From Haliotis rubra (taxonomy: Eukaryota), in assembly GCF_003918875.1 (NCBI RefSeq), contig NW_025765914.1, positions 496,001 to 560,000 on the forward strand: 64,000 nt of DNA, given 5' to 3'. The position numbers and the translations under genes are program-made. This document shows, one piece after another, positions 1 to 12,400 of the stretch (positions within the stretch are counted from its first letter, which is position 1; every line of letters starts with the position of its first letter). The notes beneath the pieces are model-generated. The model saw only the letters and a program-made list of their open reading frames with translations, was not told the DNA's origin and did not search any database.

Positions 1-449
1 CTGTTTGTGCTGATAAACAACTGTTCTCCTTTGTTAAATATAATTGATACTATTCTAAGTTGTTCACTGGTCACGATGGGGGTATGGGTTGATGTCTCAG
101 GGCTCAGGGAACATGAACAAACATAGAGGGTGCATCAACCCATGGGCCCCGAGGGACCAGTGAACAACGTATTTATCTTACCGAACACCCCAATGTTAAG
201 TTTCAACTGTTTGAAGCACGGGAATTGGATCATATTAAGGAGTACCGGAGTTAGACAACAGCCCTAACACTATTAACACGAAGTACCAAACCAATTTCCA
301 GCGGGTAACATAGAAAATGTTACTCGCTTGTAAGCGGGGTACATTGATTGGCTCAGCCAATCAGAAAACGACATTTATGTGTGAGGTAAGATAATGTAAT
401 TTGTGTGATGTTGATTTAATTTCATGCTCAGAGAACATAAATAGCATAC

Positions 450-1060
450 CTGGGCTGTTCTGGCAAATGAAATCCCACGTCCTCTGAGAGGTTATTATGG
501 GCAAGAAGAAGTCGTGGTTTCTACACTGACTGGCAGCGTTGATACAGTTCCAGTTCTCGTCCAGGTTTGACCTTACAAAAGCACCATGAGCAAGTGAGTG
601 AGTGAGTGGGTATGTAGGTATTATTGAGACCCCATTGCATGTTACTATAAATAGTATCACTCAGTGCCAGAAGGTAACGCATTTATCGCCAAATGCAATT
701 TTGAAGGTAGCTTATTTACCTGTACAAGCAAAGCATTTGTAGTACAACACTGTGCAAGTAAAGACAAGAAGCTGACGCATTTTCCCACCCAGAGGGTAAC
801 TCATTTAAGCTGTTCTATTTACATGTTATACCATAGAACGTGGCGTATTTACCACATACCACTACTGCGTATTACATAGAAGGAGAAGCATTTTCCTGAA
901 TACCACTATTCAGTATTCAGACCACATGTGTAATGGAATAGCTAAATGGCTAACATGGTTAATAGGGTTCGATTCCAGTGTCCGCTGCCATTAAATATTA
1001 CTGCATGTTGCTAGAAGTTGAATAAAATAATACTCGCTCACCTGTGTACTACAGGCATTG

Positions 1061-1094
<34 letters not shown>

Positions 1095-2639
1095 CCAGGA
1101 ACACCCGAACCCTCTCTGCTGCATACAATTTTTAATCTGTAAATAATAATGTGTCCATTTATATAGCGCCAAACTCCACACTAGGTATGCTCATAGCGCT
1201 AACAATCAAGGCACAGCACATTATTACCCCGGATAACCCAAGCTGCCTGTTAGTCATATGACATTTTCCACCGGGTACCCATTTTCCTGCTGGGTGAACA
1301 GAGACAATTTTGAACAAACTCACTTGCCTAAGGTGAGACCACATGTGTCACATGTGCATCGTTGTGGGGCAGGACTCAAGTCCTTGAAACTCTCAAGAGT
1401 CAAGCTGCCAAACACGGTCACCCACCCAAGGACTCTCCGAGCTCGACGCTGCTTAACTTCACCGATTTGTGACCTGAGCTTTGAGCACAGGACCACGCGC
1501 CGGGTATACAGGCAATATCAGCTATGGCGACGTTTCGATATAGATTTTTATAGATAGCTTGAAAACGGTATAAGGATCTATACCAAAACGTCACCATTGT
1601 AAAATAAAGAAGTTGACCATCCATAAAGTTTTGTCATTTTTATACCACCAACTTCTAGAATGCTACTCCAAACAAAATTTCAGCTATCCTGCATAAAAAC
1701 TTCAGCAAAATACAAAACTGAAAGGTTTCCTTGTTGAAGATGAACTAGTGGTAGACTAGTGGTAGACTCGTTTCCAGGTATGTAGGCTACATCGTGAACG
1801 TAGGCTACATGTTCAAACAGGATACATCACACCAGTTGGGCATACATTTTGCTCATGAAATCTGAAATGCTTCCAGGGTATGGCAAATGAACCGTTCCAC
1901 GGACAGTTATAATACCCAGGGTTGTCGCAATTGCTTTACTAATGGGTAATGTTCGTTGATGTTCGAAAACAACCTTTAATAGGTGCTCGGATGAATTATC
2001 TGCTATTTTCATAAAGTTCTATGAAGCCACACAACTAAGAGGTTACTTACCCGCACGGAACAGCGAGCCTTCCATCCACTACGATCTGTTGTGGACCCTG
2101 CAAGGCAAGATAATGGCGGAGGTTATGCATGCAGGGACCGAGTCGCTCCATGCAAGGATCCTCTTCTGCTTGGAGGACACTGGAGGACACGTTCACCATG
2201 TTCTCATCAGGATTCTGACGACGCTGTGTCTTGTGGCCAGCATTGGGAAACAGAGCTAGAGGCAATAAAATAGCAAATTAGTTTAACCCGTTTTAAATAG
2301 TATTACGGTTTTATGAAATTTTCGCAGATTTACACCCCTTACCGACTAAAGTGCTTTTAAAGTTCTACACGGATACAACACATGTTACTTGTGTGCATAA
2401 CGTTCACCTGATGAAAGAAAACATATATACTGGTCAAAACTTTGAAGTGAACCTGTCATTGAGAATGCAAGTGGGAATAGTTCTGCAATAAACTATAACG
2501 CCCTGGGTCGCCCCACCATAAGAGTTATAAATCTACATACAGTAGTTTGTGTTCATTTAGTATAGAACGTATCAAAGGACTCACCAAGTGAAAAACATAT
2601 TGCTGGCAAATACAGAAGGAAGATCACTCGCCCAAACAT
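450..2639 (-). CDS. G1: secreted Cys-rich family paralog, partial (exons 1-3 in window; exons 4-5 presumably left of the window)
   Basis: Exons 2639-2585, 2255-2051 and 571-450, all GT-AG, phases 1,2,1, open frame: MFGRVIFLLYLPAICFSL-ALFPNAGHKTQRRQNPDENMVNVSSSVLQAEEDPCMERLGPCMHNLRHYLALQGPQQIVVDGRLAVPCG-SNLDENWNCINAASQCRNHDFFLPIITSQRTWDFICQNSP. Homologous to G2-G6. Confidence 0.85.
1135..1505 (-). mobile_element. SINE-like element in G1 intron 2
   Basis: Absent from the paralogous intron of G2. Has a GCGCTATATAAAT 3' tail and a CCCAG..AATGGGTACC central motif on the minus strand, shared with the element at 23095-23600. Boundaries approximate. Confidence 0.55.
1526..1679. mobile_element. Short Penelope-derived insertion with a hammerhead-like motif
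   Basis: TCAGCTAT target-site duplication (1518-1525 and 1680-1687); empty site in G2 intron 2 near 12683; sequence matches the 3' end of the Penelope element at 22320-22407. Confidence 0.65.
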
Positions 2640-2664
2640 TGTCAGCGACTTGTTCCCAGTGAAT

Positions 2665-2786
2665 AACTGGTGTGGCCCTAACATGAAACATATATAGCGG
2701 ATATTACTGGCAGTAATTGCCTCAACCCAGGAAGTTTATTAGGGCCAGTTTACTGAACGTCAAGGTACATTTTCGAAGGTCAACAC
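2665..2786 (-). promoter_or_regulatory. G1 core promoter: Inr-like CCAGTT, TATATA box and conserved GAAGGTCAACAC motif
   Basis: TATATA at 2691-2696, ~50 nt upstream of the ATG. Same box at 13722, 22849, 39174 and 60016 in paralogs. GAAGGTCAACAC (read on + strand) at 2775-2786. Confidence 0.6.
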
Positions 2787-3705
2787 TTCCGTGCCAGTAA
2801 GTGGGCATTTTAACCGTTTAACATCCAAAAGCATGGGTATTGTGCTGGTAAAAGAGGAAATACAGCAAGGTAATTGTGGGAAGTAAACCCATGGTTTGTG
2901 TGTGTACTTGTGGACAGCAGATGTNNNNNNNNNNNNNNNNNNNNNNNNNNNNNNNNNNNNNNNNNNNNNNNNNNNNNNNNNNNNNNNNNNNNNNNNNNNN
3001 NNNNNNNNNNNNNNNNNNNNNNNNNNNNNNNNNNNNNNNNNNNNNNNNNNNNNNNNNNNNNNNNNNNNNNNNNNGGTGCGTCTGGGCATGAGATGTGTGT
3101 GTATAAATCAAACCTAGTTAACGCACGTGTAATGCAGTATTCAGTCGAGGGCAACAAGTGCAACAATAGAAATATACGGAGAGGCGAATTCTATTTTTAT
3201 GGTGATATATATATATAATCTTTTTCTAGAACGCATTCAAAATATGAGCTTTTATTATGTACCTCAGGCTCTGTGTCTCATGCACGTATCGTGATATGTC
3301 CAAACGAGTTAGTTTTCGCCATGACAGACATGAAGGACAAATTACATATAAGCAGGACATGCTCCTCACTAGCATACGTATCGTCGACCCGTCACATTAA
3401 CCAATATGTCAAGTCAATTTGTCATTCATTATTCTGAGGACCAAATTTCAAATTTGACCCGCCTCTTGATGTGGGCGTTGAGGCTCCTGTCAGTGTAGTG
3501 GTTGACAATTTAACTCTATATGTGTCTGGGAACCTCAAACATCGTCTCGTATTTAGCCTGGTAGATTTTACTCCCAAAGAATGTAGTTTGTGTTGGTTAT
3601 TGTTTTTGGTTTTTTTGTGAAATGAAAAAGACCACCTCTTTGGGTTTTTTTGTTCAGCACATGGTCTTTACATATTATATGTATATGCCACTTGTATTAA
3701 TCGAA

Positions 3706-3879
3706 CGACTGACTGACAGACTGAGTTTGGTTTTACGCCGCTTTTAGCAATATTCCAGCAATATCACGGCGGGGGACACCAGAAATGGGCTTCACACATT
3801 GTACCCATGTGGGGATTCGAAGCCGGGTCTTCGGCGTGACGAGCCAACGCTTTAACCATTAGGCTACCCCACCGCCCCC
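3706..3879 (-). mobile_element. tRNA-derived SINE (family A)
   Basis: A/B-box tRNA-like head, (TCAG)n tail, 10-bp TSD ATTAATCGAA (3696-3705 and 3880-3889). Confidence 0.9.
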
Positions 3880-4482
3880 ATTAATCGAAGGAAGTCGTTG
3901 TACAGCTGTACACCCCTCAAGCATAACCTAAACCTATGATCACCGGGTTGTGATCATGTTTCTCAGCTTTTGAATTGCTGTGTAACGATGTACTCTTGGG
4001 AACAACAAAAACATTTTGAAAAAAGAGCGTTAAAAATACAATTATGAGTACCAAATTTCAAATATGTGGACGTTGATGTGGACGTTGAGGCTCCTGTCAG
4101 TGTAGTGGTTAACTGTTCCACTTTTCATGTGTCTGGGAATCTCTCGTATTTAGCCTCGTAGATTTTACTCTCAAAGAATGTAGCTCGATTAGATTAGAAT
4201 CTTAATTTTTTTTTAGTGAAATGAAAAAGAACACCTCTTTGTTTTTTGTTCAGAACATGGTATTTACTTTATATATTTATGTGCCGCTGGCATTCATCTC
4301 CGGACGTCGCTGTGCAGCTTTGCACCCCTCAAGCATAACCTTAACCTATAATCATCGGGTTGTGATCATGTTTCTCTGCTTTTCAGCACATAGTCGTTCA
4401 AGTGGGCTTCACCAGAGTGACACACGTCGCACAGCATCACCACTATCTTCTTCATCAGTGTCACATTTCCTGTATATTTGAA

Positions 4483-4651
4483 GGGGCGGTGGGGTAGCCT
4501 AGTGGTTAAAGCGTTGGCTCGTCACGCCGAAGACCCGGGTTCGAATCCCCACATGGGTACAATGTGTGAAACCCATTGCTGGTGTCCCCCGCCGTGATAT
4601 TGCTGGAATATTGCTAAAAGCGGCGTTAAACCAAACTCAGTCAGTCAGTCA
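4483..4651 (+). mobile_element. tRNA-derived SINE (family A)
   Basis: Same family, TSD GTATATTTGAA (4472-4482 and 4652-4662); empty site at ~18464. A 3'-truncated head follows at ~4695-4760. Confidence 0.9.
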
Positions 4652-5254
4652 GTATATTTGAAATAACGTATACACAATGCCTCTTTGGATAGATGGGGCG
4701 GTGGGGTAGCCTAGTGGTTAAAGCATTCGCTCGTCACGCCGAAGGCCCGGGTTCGATTCCGGAGGTAAATGCACGTGCAGTTCATGATAGTTACCTGTGC
4801 ACTGCACAGTGATAGACCGTTTGGATCATTCACATTGACTACTTCTAGCTGTCATCATGAAAGCTTATTCAGATGATGCTAAACGTTTAATTAGAAATGT
4901 GATGAACCTTTTTAAAAAAGAGCAAACGTAGCAAACCGATTTATAAGGTGTCGGATTACATGAAACGTACATAGCTGACCTACATTGACGAACGTTGACC
5001 TTTATGACCCAACACTGCCGCTGTTACAGGTCATTGGCTCCCTCCCTCTGCAAGCTGTCTGCGTTCTGCTGTTTATTTTGTTGACAGTTACAGCGACAGA
5101 TTCTTTAATACAAATGCATAAAATCGGTGATTTACAATGTGATTATGTTGTCTGACAAAACATCCACTTGCACAGTTTGAGATCGATTGGGTCATTGGAT
5201 GAAGATATCTTTACAAAAAACCGGGTCCACATGGATTTCATGCCAAACTATACA

Positions 5255-5745
5255 TGAGATTCATGCAGTTCTAATGTTGTTTACAGTGTTTGTTTAATTC
5301 CCGTTTTGCTATCGGTTCTTCGAGTTTTGTTCTAGCCAAAACCCCAGATTCATTTAAAAAAATTGGAAAAATAATTACTTACGGTTTTTGGTAATTTCGC
5401 TTCGCAGATTTACGTCCCTTACCAATGAAAGGGGTTCCAATTACAGATTGACTCTAATTTGGAGCTTGTTTTCAGTGAGTGAAGTAACGAATTCAGTGAG
5501 TTGAATCACTGGTACAATACGTTGGCATTATTTTCACCTGATGAAAGTACAATACGTCTGCATAGTTCAGCATTTAACTGATCACGCCATGGGTTGCCCT
5601 ACTATAAGAGTTATAAATGGATGTCTAAAATCTACATACAACAGTTGGCGATCATTTAGTACAAAGATTAAGAAAACAATGAACTTACAAATCTCAAAAT
5701 ACTTAACAATGCACTCACCAAATGAAGAAAACATATTGCTGGCTG
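5255..5745 (-). pseudogene. Internally deleted relic of the gene family (3' half of exon 1 and intron 1 fused to 3' flank)
   Basis: 5714-5743 matches the exon 1 end and donor (ctcaccaaatgaa..aaacatattgctggc). 5380-5710 matches intron 1. 5255-5375 resembles the flank downstream of exon 5 (28290-28390). Exons 2-5 are absent. Confidence 0.7.
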
Positions 5746-7119
5746 ACTTAGCAGAAAGGAATAATTCACTCTCATAACTCCCCACCCTTCATGGAGTTTA
5801 TCCAAGGACGATGCCCGGCGTTTCTAGATCTCCAACAGAGGACACTACTGATACCAGAATGGTATAATCAAGCAGAAATATCTTGTAATAATTTATCCTG
5901 CGAGACTTGACCATGAGTTGCCTATTACTGGCATAGGACTTCAGGTAGATCATTAATACATAAGCTGTCCTTTCAGCAAAGTGATTAATTAGGTACAAAT
6001 TAAGCGCTTTTTCGGGAGGGACGCACTCGGTATTCGACCTCGCACTCTAACCCACTCACCCACCAAAGCTCCCATAACAAAGGAAATCTAGATCACTTAG
6101 TTTGTTGTATCCCTCCTGCACGTGTAACCTAATAAGGCTCCATTACCGATACTAATGTATACACAATACCTATTAGAAAGGCATATGTAACAAATGCTAT
6201 TTAAGGGATCCTACGTTACTAATACAGGTTTACATTTTGGTTTCTGTCTACAGCCGATGGTATCTGTCTCGGCACATATTGGAGACCTAATATCCTCTCG
6301 TATTGGCCATTTGAAATCAATTTACTAGCTGAAGAGAAACCACCAGATCACAAACTACACCCTGGCAACAAAAGTCAACAAATGTCATTAATAATGAGTT
6401 TATGAGTACCTCCATTTACTGTATTTACAAGATTTATTATCCCGACATCCAGACTCAGTTTTTGCCAGAAAGCACGTTCAATTCGATACTTGAATATAGT
6501 AATTGCATAAAAGCTTGAATGTCATCCTCTTTTTCAAAATTAATTTATCATGATGTGTCTAGGTCAAGTGGAGACACGGTGGTTGTATAATTCACAGTTG
6601 CTGAAATCTGCTCAGCTAAAATGAATGTAGGCACAGTTTAACGCAGAGACTCAAGTGTCAAACATTATCCAATTATTATCTGGATGAACACCTACAATAA
6701 TTTAAAATGCTTTTGCGTATAAAGATATTGCAGAACAAATTTTTAAAAAATGGTTCTGGTGTTGTCAATTTACAATGAACACTTATCAATTCCTGCATAC
6801 TCAATCTTAAACTAAGAAGCATTCAGTATTTGGCTCTACCCTTTTGTAATGGTTACATTCTAATTTCACATCGTCAAGGGAGAGGGTCAGGTGTTATCTT
6901 CGTTAAATAAGTACGTCAGCATATCCATTTGATTTATCAAAAGTGGTAAATGTAAAAGTTGCCTGTTTGAAATCGCAGCTTTAAATGAGACGGGTTTTAC
7001 ATTTGCTGAAGGGGTCAAGCTACAGGCCTTTTGAATCCTTAACACAATATATTTGGGATTACACTTTCTTAGTAAAGTACAGATTCTAAATATAACATAT
7101 GTTACATCTGACCACTGTC

Positions 7120-8740
7120 TAAAATGGCATTGTGTACTTTAAAATCTGTTCAAACTGAGCGGCAGGCTGCTGTCAGCTTTAAAGTGCGTCAGAGTGCTAT
7201 TGGTAAACTGTGGCAGAGATTTCAAGCCAATGGGTCCGTGGAATATGCACGTCAACCAGGTTGCCCCAGAATCACAACATTCCGAGATGACAGGCACATG
7301 GTAAACACTCGGTTACGTTGCAGATTCCTTAACGCAGCAGATCTTGAGACAGAACAATGTTAACAATGTAAGGATATCCAGGAGCACCGTTCGTCGACGT
7401 TTAAGGGCAGCCCCACTCCGCTGTAGGCGACCTGTAGTTCGTCCACCACTAACACCACGTCACAGGCAGGCGCGTTTGAGATGGAATAGACATCATGGCC
7501 GCTGGAATCAACGTCAATGGTCTCGTGTGCTCTTCACAGATGAAAGCAGATTCAGTTTGTCCTTCCATGAGGGTCGATATAGGATTTATCGTCGCAATGG
7601 AGAACGAATCACAGATGCATAACCGATTTGGCGGGGGTCGGTCATGGCGGCTCATTCCCACTTACCCAACTTGCTGGGGGATTAAAAGAGATTAACAGTT
7701 ACGGGTCAGTGATTGTGCAGGGTGAATTTGTTACCCCTGCTTTGGATGTGATTTAAGTTCACCCAGCACTCCAATCATGGCCAAACAGAGTAATCTCATG
7801 ACCACCGGTGAACATAGATAAACTATGTGAAAAATATATATTCATATCGTTTGTTATAAATTGAATTTTAATTGAGTGAACTATGCCAATGACAAGTATT
7901 ATAAAGTATGGAGATTTTCTTGTTTCTCCATTGCACTATGGCAAACGTTCAAGTAAACATTTCATTCCCAATGGACGCGGCGGTCAGTACTTTGTCTACA
8001 GGTGCGGTAAGCTCTGTATCAAGAACTGGAGGGTGATCATGGCCGTGAAATGTGGAACCATTTCAGAACGGTTCTACAGAAAAGAAACGGTGCCAGATCT
8101 CCACCTAGGAAGAGAAGATACATGTATGTTGAACTGAACCATGCCTTGGAAATGTACAAGAGAGAACTAACATCTGGTGCCAGAACTGTCATGTCATACA
8201 TTGACTCAGTATCACATTTAACTGGATATAAGTGTGAAAGGTGTGCTGCGAAATATTGATGTAATATGTGATATGATGTAGATCTTGCATTAAGTTGTTT
8301 AACTGGATAACTTGTATATATGATTAATAAATATAGACAAACATTCAGTCAAAAGTAGTAGTATTTTATCCCATTTGGTCCCGGATACTATTTCACAGGG
8401 AATAAAATAAGGGATTAAAGGGGATTATCACACCCCAGAGATTTCTTCTACTGAAACAATAGGTGTTGGGTAAGTGGGAAGACACCGTCATGGTTTGGGC
8501 AGGGATAACTCCTACTGGACGTACTCCACTGCACGAGGTCGACGGTAATCTTACCGAACAGCGTTATCGGGACGCGATTCTGGCTCCTATAGCAGTACCA
8601 TTCCTGCAAGCTGTGCATGGCTTTTGTGGTCGACCCTATTTACTGCACGACGACAACGCTAGGCCTTATATGGCCAGGATTGTCAGGGAATTCCTTAGGA
8701 AGAAGGGTGTACAGCGGATGGAGTGGTCAGCATGCTCAGT
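7120..8740 (+). mobile_element. Degenerate Tc1/mariner transposase, split by a nested insertion
   Basis: Fragments RPGCPRITT, VLFTDESRF, then VMVWAGI...DDNARP...MEW after the insertion; stops and frameshifts. Confidence 0.85.
7648..8487 (+). mobile_element. Internally deleted TIR DNA transposon (MULE-like) nested in Tc1
   Basis: TIRs CGG....TTCCCACTTACCCAAC / GTTGGGTAAGTGGGAA....CCG; TCATGG duplicated on both sides; the internal peptide PPRKRRYMYVELNHALEMY...YIDSVSHL resembles MULE transposase C-termini. Confidence 0.65.
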
Positions 8741-9454
8741 AAGCTTTCTTTATGAACTTGATAAGGAGCATGATAACAAGGTTCACCTGTGTTTTGGTCG
8801 CGCGAGGAGGGTACACAGGATATTGAATGACCGAGTGCTTCATGTTTGTCATTTTCATTTTGAGGGGCTGGTCTATACAACTGATGTTTGCTAGTGCTGT
8901 TTGAACTTTCTGTCTGTATGTCACGATGTGTTCCGTTTAGCAACACATTAAACTGATACTATTAGTTCTATTATTTCTGTTTCCTGTTCCGGCTAAGAGG
9001 GTAGAAGATGTATGAACCCCAACTCAAAAACTAGATTTGACACACATTAATTTAGAAATGCCTCTATTAAACAGAGTGCGTCTACACCAACAGAGGCAAG
9101 GAAGGTACACAGGACCAGGACTTATTGACATAAACGTTATTAGAACCTGTTGTTGTGTAATCTATTTATTTCTGTTATATCAAGCATTTCTAGTTTTGTG
9201 TATAATGTTTGTTTTTCTGTTATATGTCTAAAACTTCATCAGAAAAGGAATTCGTCAGAATGTTTGCAACAAAAATAAAACTCCGATCCTGAACATTCTA
9301 ATGGCTTTATTCCACAGAGTTCCAATGGGGATGATCGTTTTCTTGTAAGTGCAGGTAGCATCTAAAGATTTCATGGTCGGTCACTTTGTGAACGTTGGAA
9401 CACATGGAGAATTCCATGGCCATTTCCTTACACAGAGAGATGCGTGAACTGAGT

Positions 9455-12400
9455 CTAGCATGATGAATCTTGCATTGACGCTCTCATAATAGCTGCCAGG
9501 CGCCGCAAGAGGTTGGCGTCGTCTGCGGAGCAATCAGGTATCTTCGCCACCCCTTGTTGGACGCAGGTAGGTATGCTGACAAACATACAGGTTAAAGAAA
9601 TGTAATAGCAAATAGAGCGTCATACAGACCAATATATCCAAGAATTCCCAAGCAAGTCTAGAATATGTAGCAGTCTTATTCTGAAAATGAAGAAAGTTTC
9701 TGGGCTCCTTTTCACCATATTGGCATTCTAGAAGTTGAGGAGATGACGAATGGGTACAATTTTATGGATATACAAGTGGAGAACGATATTAGAATTTATG
9801 TCGAAACGTTGCCTGTGCAGAATAAAGAAGTTGTATATCCATAAAATTGTCCTTATTCTTCACTATAGGTTATATTTCTAATTTATTAACCGTATGTTTC
9901 AGCAAAACATGTTCTTTTCAGAGATAAGATGTTAGCCTAGTTAGTAAAAANNNNNNNNNNNNNNNNNNNNNNNNNNNNNNNNNNNNNNNNNNNNNNNNNN
10001 NNNNNNNNNNNNNNNNNNNNNNNNNNNNNNNNNNNNNNNNNNNNNNNNNNNNNNNNNNNNNNNNNNNNNNNNNNNNNNNNNNNNNNNNNNNNNNNNNNGG
10101 CAGATGGACAGAGTCTGCTAACCACGCTTCACGGTTCCGCATCGCTTGCAATTGATTTTTCAATTGAGACATACCGAATATTTTAACTTCATATAAGCTT
10201 GATTAGTGTTGAAAAACATCTATCTTAATGAAGGCTTTCATCGTCCCATATATATTTTGTAAGCATAAATATATCGTCAACGCCAGAGAATAATCTTGTC
10301 GACTTTTCGACATAAAGTTCCAATGGGCGTAAGGGACAAAACAGCGATGAAAATTGCATGCATTCATGTGTGAATAAAATATTTGAACTACTCTCTCTTG
10401 GAAAACATGACTTTGTTCGTACCCTAATGAACGCCATACGCACTGTCATACTTCTTGTCCAAAACTTCGTGAGTCTTGTAAACTATTTTTAAATGACCGA
10501 AAGAGCTGTATTATTCTAAAACTATTAACTTCCTCGTTGAAAGTATCTGTTTCAAGCTAACCTAACTTGGTTATTTGTATGTTTTAGTGAAGATAAAGAA
10601 GCTGTTATACTACCACATCTTTTGTAACCTTTTCAACCTTGTCAACCAAATTAATCATTTTGACCTTATATATAGGTGTCCTATCACCTTCAGTCGTTGA
10701 TGTGTATACAATGAGATGTGTAAAATGAGATGAAATGGGGTTTTATGAGGCTTCGAGATTGCTTCACTTCTATAGCGACGCACAAACACGTGTGTGTGTG
10801 CGTGCGTGTGTGTGCGTGCATCTGCGATCGTATCTGCGTGTGTGCGTATGCGTGTTCATGTTTGATTGTTCTATTCTGAATTATGTCGGTTCTCAAACCC
10901 GCTGATAAACCCTGACGCAGTATAAAATGGATTCTCAACAATAACGGAAATTCCGTGTTGACCAGTTCCTATTTTATCCGAAAATGGCGATCACCAGGCG
11001 GAGCAAAACCTACAACTTTTGAACGTCTTTTTGTAGGACAATACCAGGTGATCTTCCCCTTCCGGCGTCTCTGGCATAGAACATTATGTGTATGACGTAT
11101 CAATATATGCAGGTGTATAGTGTGAAGCAATGTGAAGTATTTACCATATGTCATCCAAAGAAGGGTTGCACCCATAGACCGCTGAGGGAAGCTCCGAGCT
11201 GCCCAAGCAGTCCCTCCCCGCTAGAAATGCTGAAACAGTTGAAGGCGGAGATGGTTGAAAACAATTACGAAAGAAACGATTGCGAGCTTCTTTCGTATTC
11301 ACGTATCTATTCAACATACTTAGTGAAGAAAATATTATAAATGATGATGATGATGATTATGATGATGAAGATGACGTACAATCGGTACATCATTTCCGAT
11401 TACACACATGAAGACATTCTATCAAACTATCATTGCACAATATGTACAACCATCAGTACACAATCTCCCATTATGCTACGTGAAGGCATTCTGTACAACA
11501 ATCAGTACACAATCTCCACTTAAGCTAGGTTAAAGCATTCTGTACAACCATCAGTACACCATCCCCCATTACACTACGTTTAGACATTCTGTCCATCAGC
11601 ATTACTCCCATTACGTTTAGACATTCTGTACAACCATCAGCATACAATCACCAATTACAACCATCAGTACACAATCTCTCATTATACTACGTTAAGACAT
11701 TCTGTACAACCATCAGCACACAATCTCCCATTATACTACGTTAAGACATTCTGTACAACCATCAGCATACAATCACCAATTACACTACGTTAAGGCAACC
11801 ACAACCATCGATCCTCACTGACACTTCTGTACAGATTTGACATACTCATCATTACAAAATACCCAATGATCCAAGTAGAGAGAGACAAACTTGCCCTTAC
11901 TGACACAGAAGAAGCTGCATAACGACCGCCTGCACCATGTTCCTGTTTGTGCTTATAAACAACCGGTCCCCTTTCTTAAATATAATTGGTACTATTGTAA
12001 TTTGTGTGATGTGTATTTAATTTAATGCTTAGAGAATAAAAATAGCATACCTTGGCTGTTCTGGCAAATGAAATCCCACGTCCTCTGAGACGTTAGTAAA
12101 GCCGTGTAGAAGTCGTAATCACTACATTGACGGGCAGAGTTGAGACAGGTCCGGCTTTCCTCCAGGAGGTTTGACCTTACAAGAACCACCATGACCGAGT
12201 GAGTGAGTGGGTATTTGGGTTTTAGTGAGAACCCATTGTTTGATACCATTAAATAGTATCAGAAGGTAAATTTATTTATTTGTACACTACCAAATGTAAT
12301 ATTGAAGGTAATTCATTTACCTGTACAGGTAAGGCATTTGTAGTACAACACTGTCCCAATACAAATAAGAAGCTCCAACACAAAGGGTAACTCATTTAAT

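Noticed and set aside
55-395. Insertion in G1 intron 3 with internal inverted repeats (TTGTTCACTGGTC/GACCAGTGAACAA; TATCTTACC/GGTAAGATA)
   Set aside because: Probably a non-autonomous DNA element, but I could not fix its ends or class.
2760-3218. ORFs spanning N runs (also near 9918-10172 and 28619-28989)
   Set aside because: Open only because of the unresolved bases.
4483-4555. tRNA-Asp(GTC)-like sequence (also at 3810-3879, 4695, 22054 and 29075-29135)
   Set aside because: No closing acceptor stem; the full-length copies continue into a SINE body with a simple-repeat tail and TSDs.
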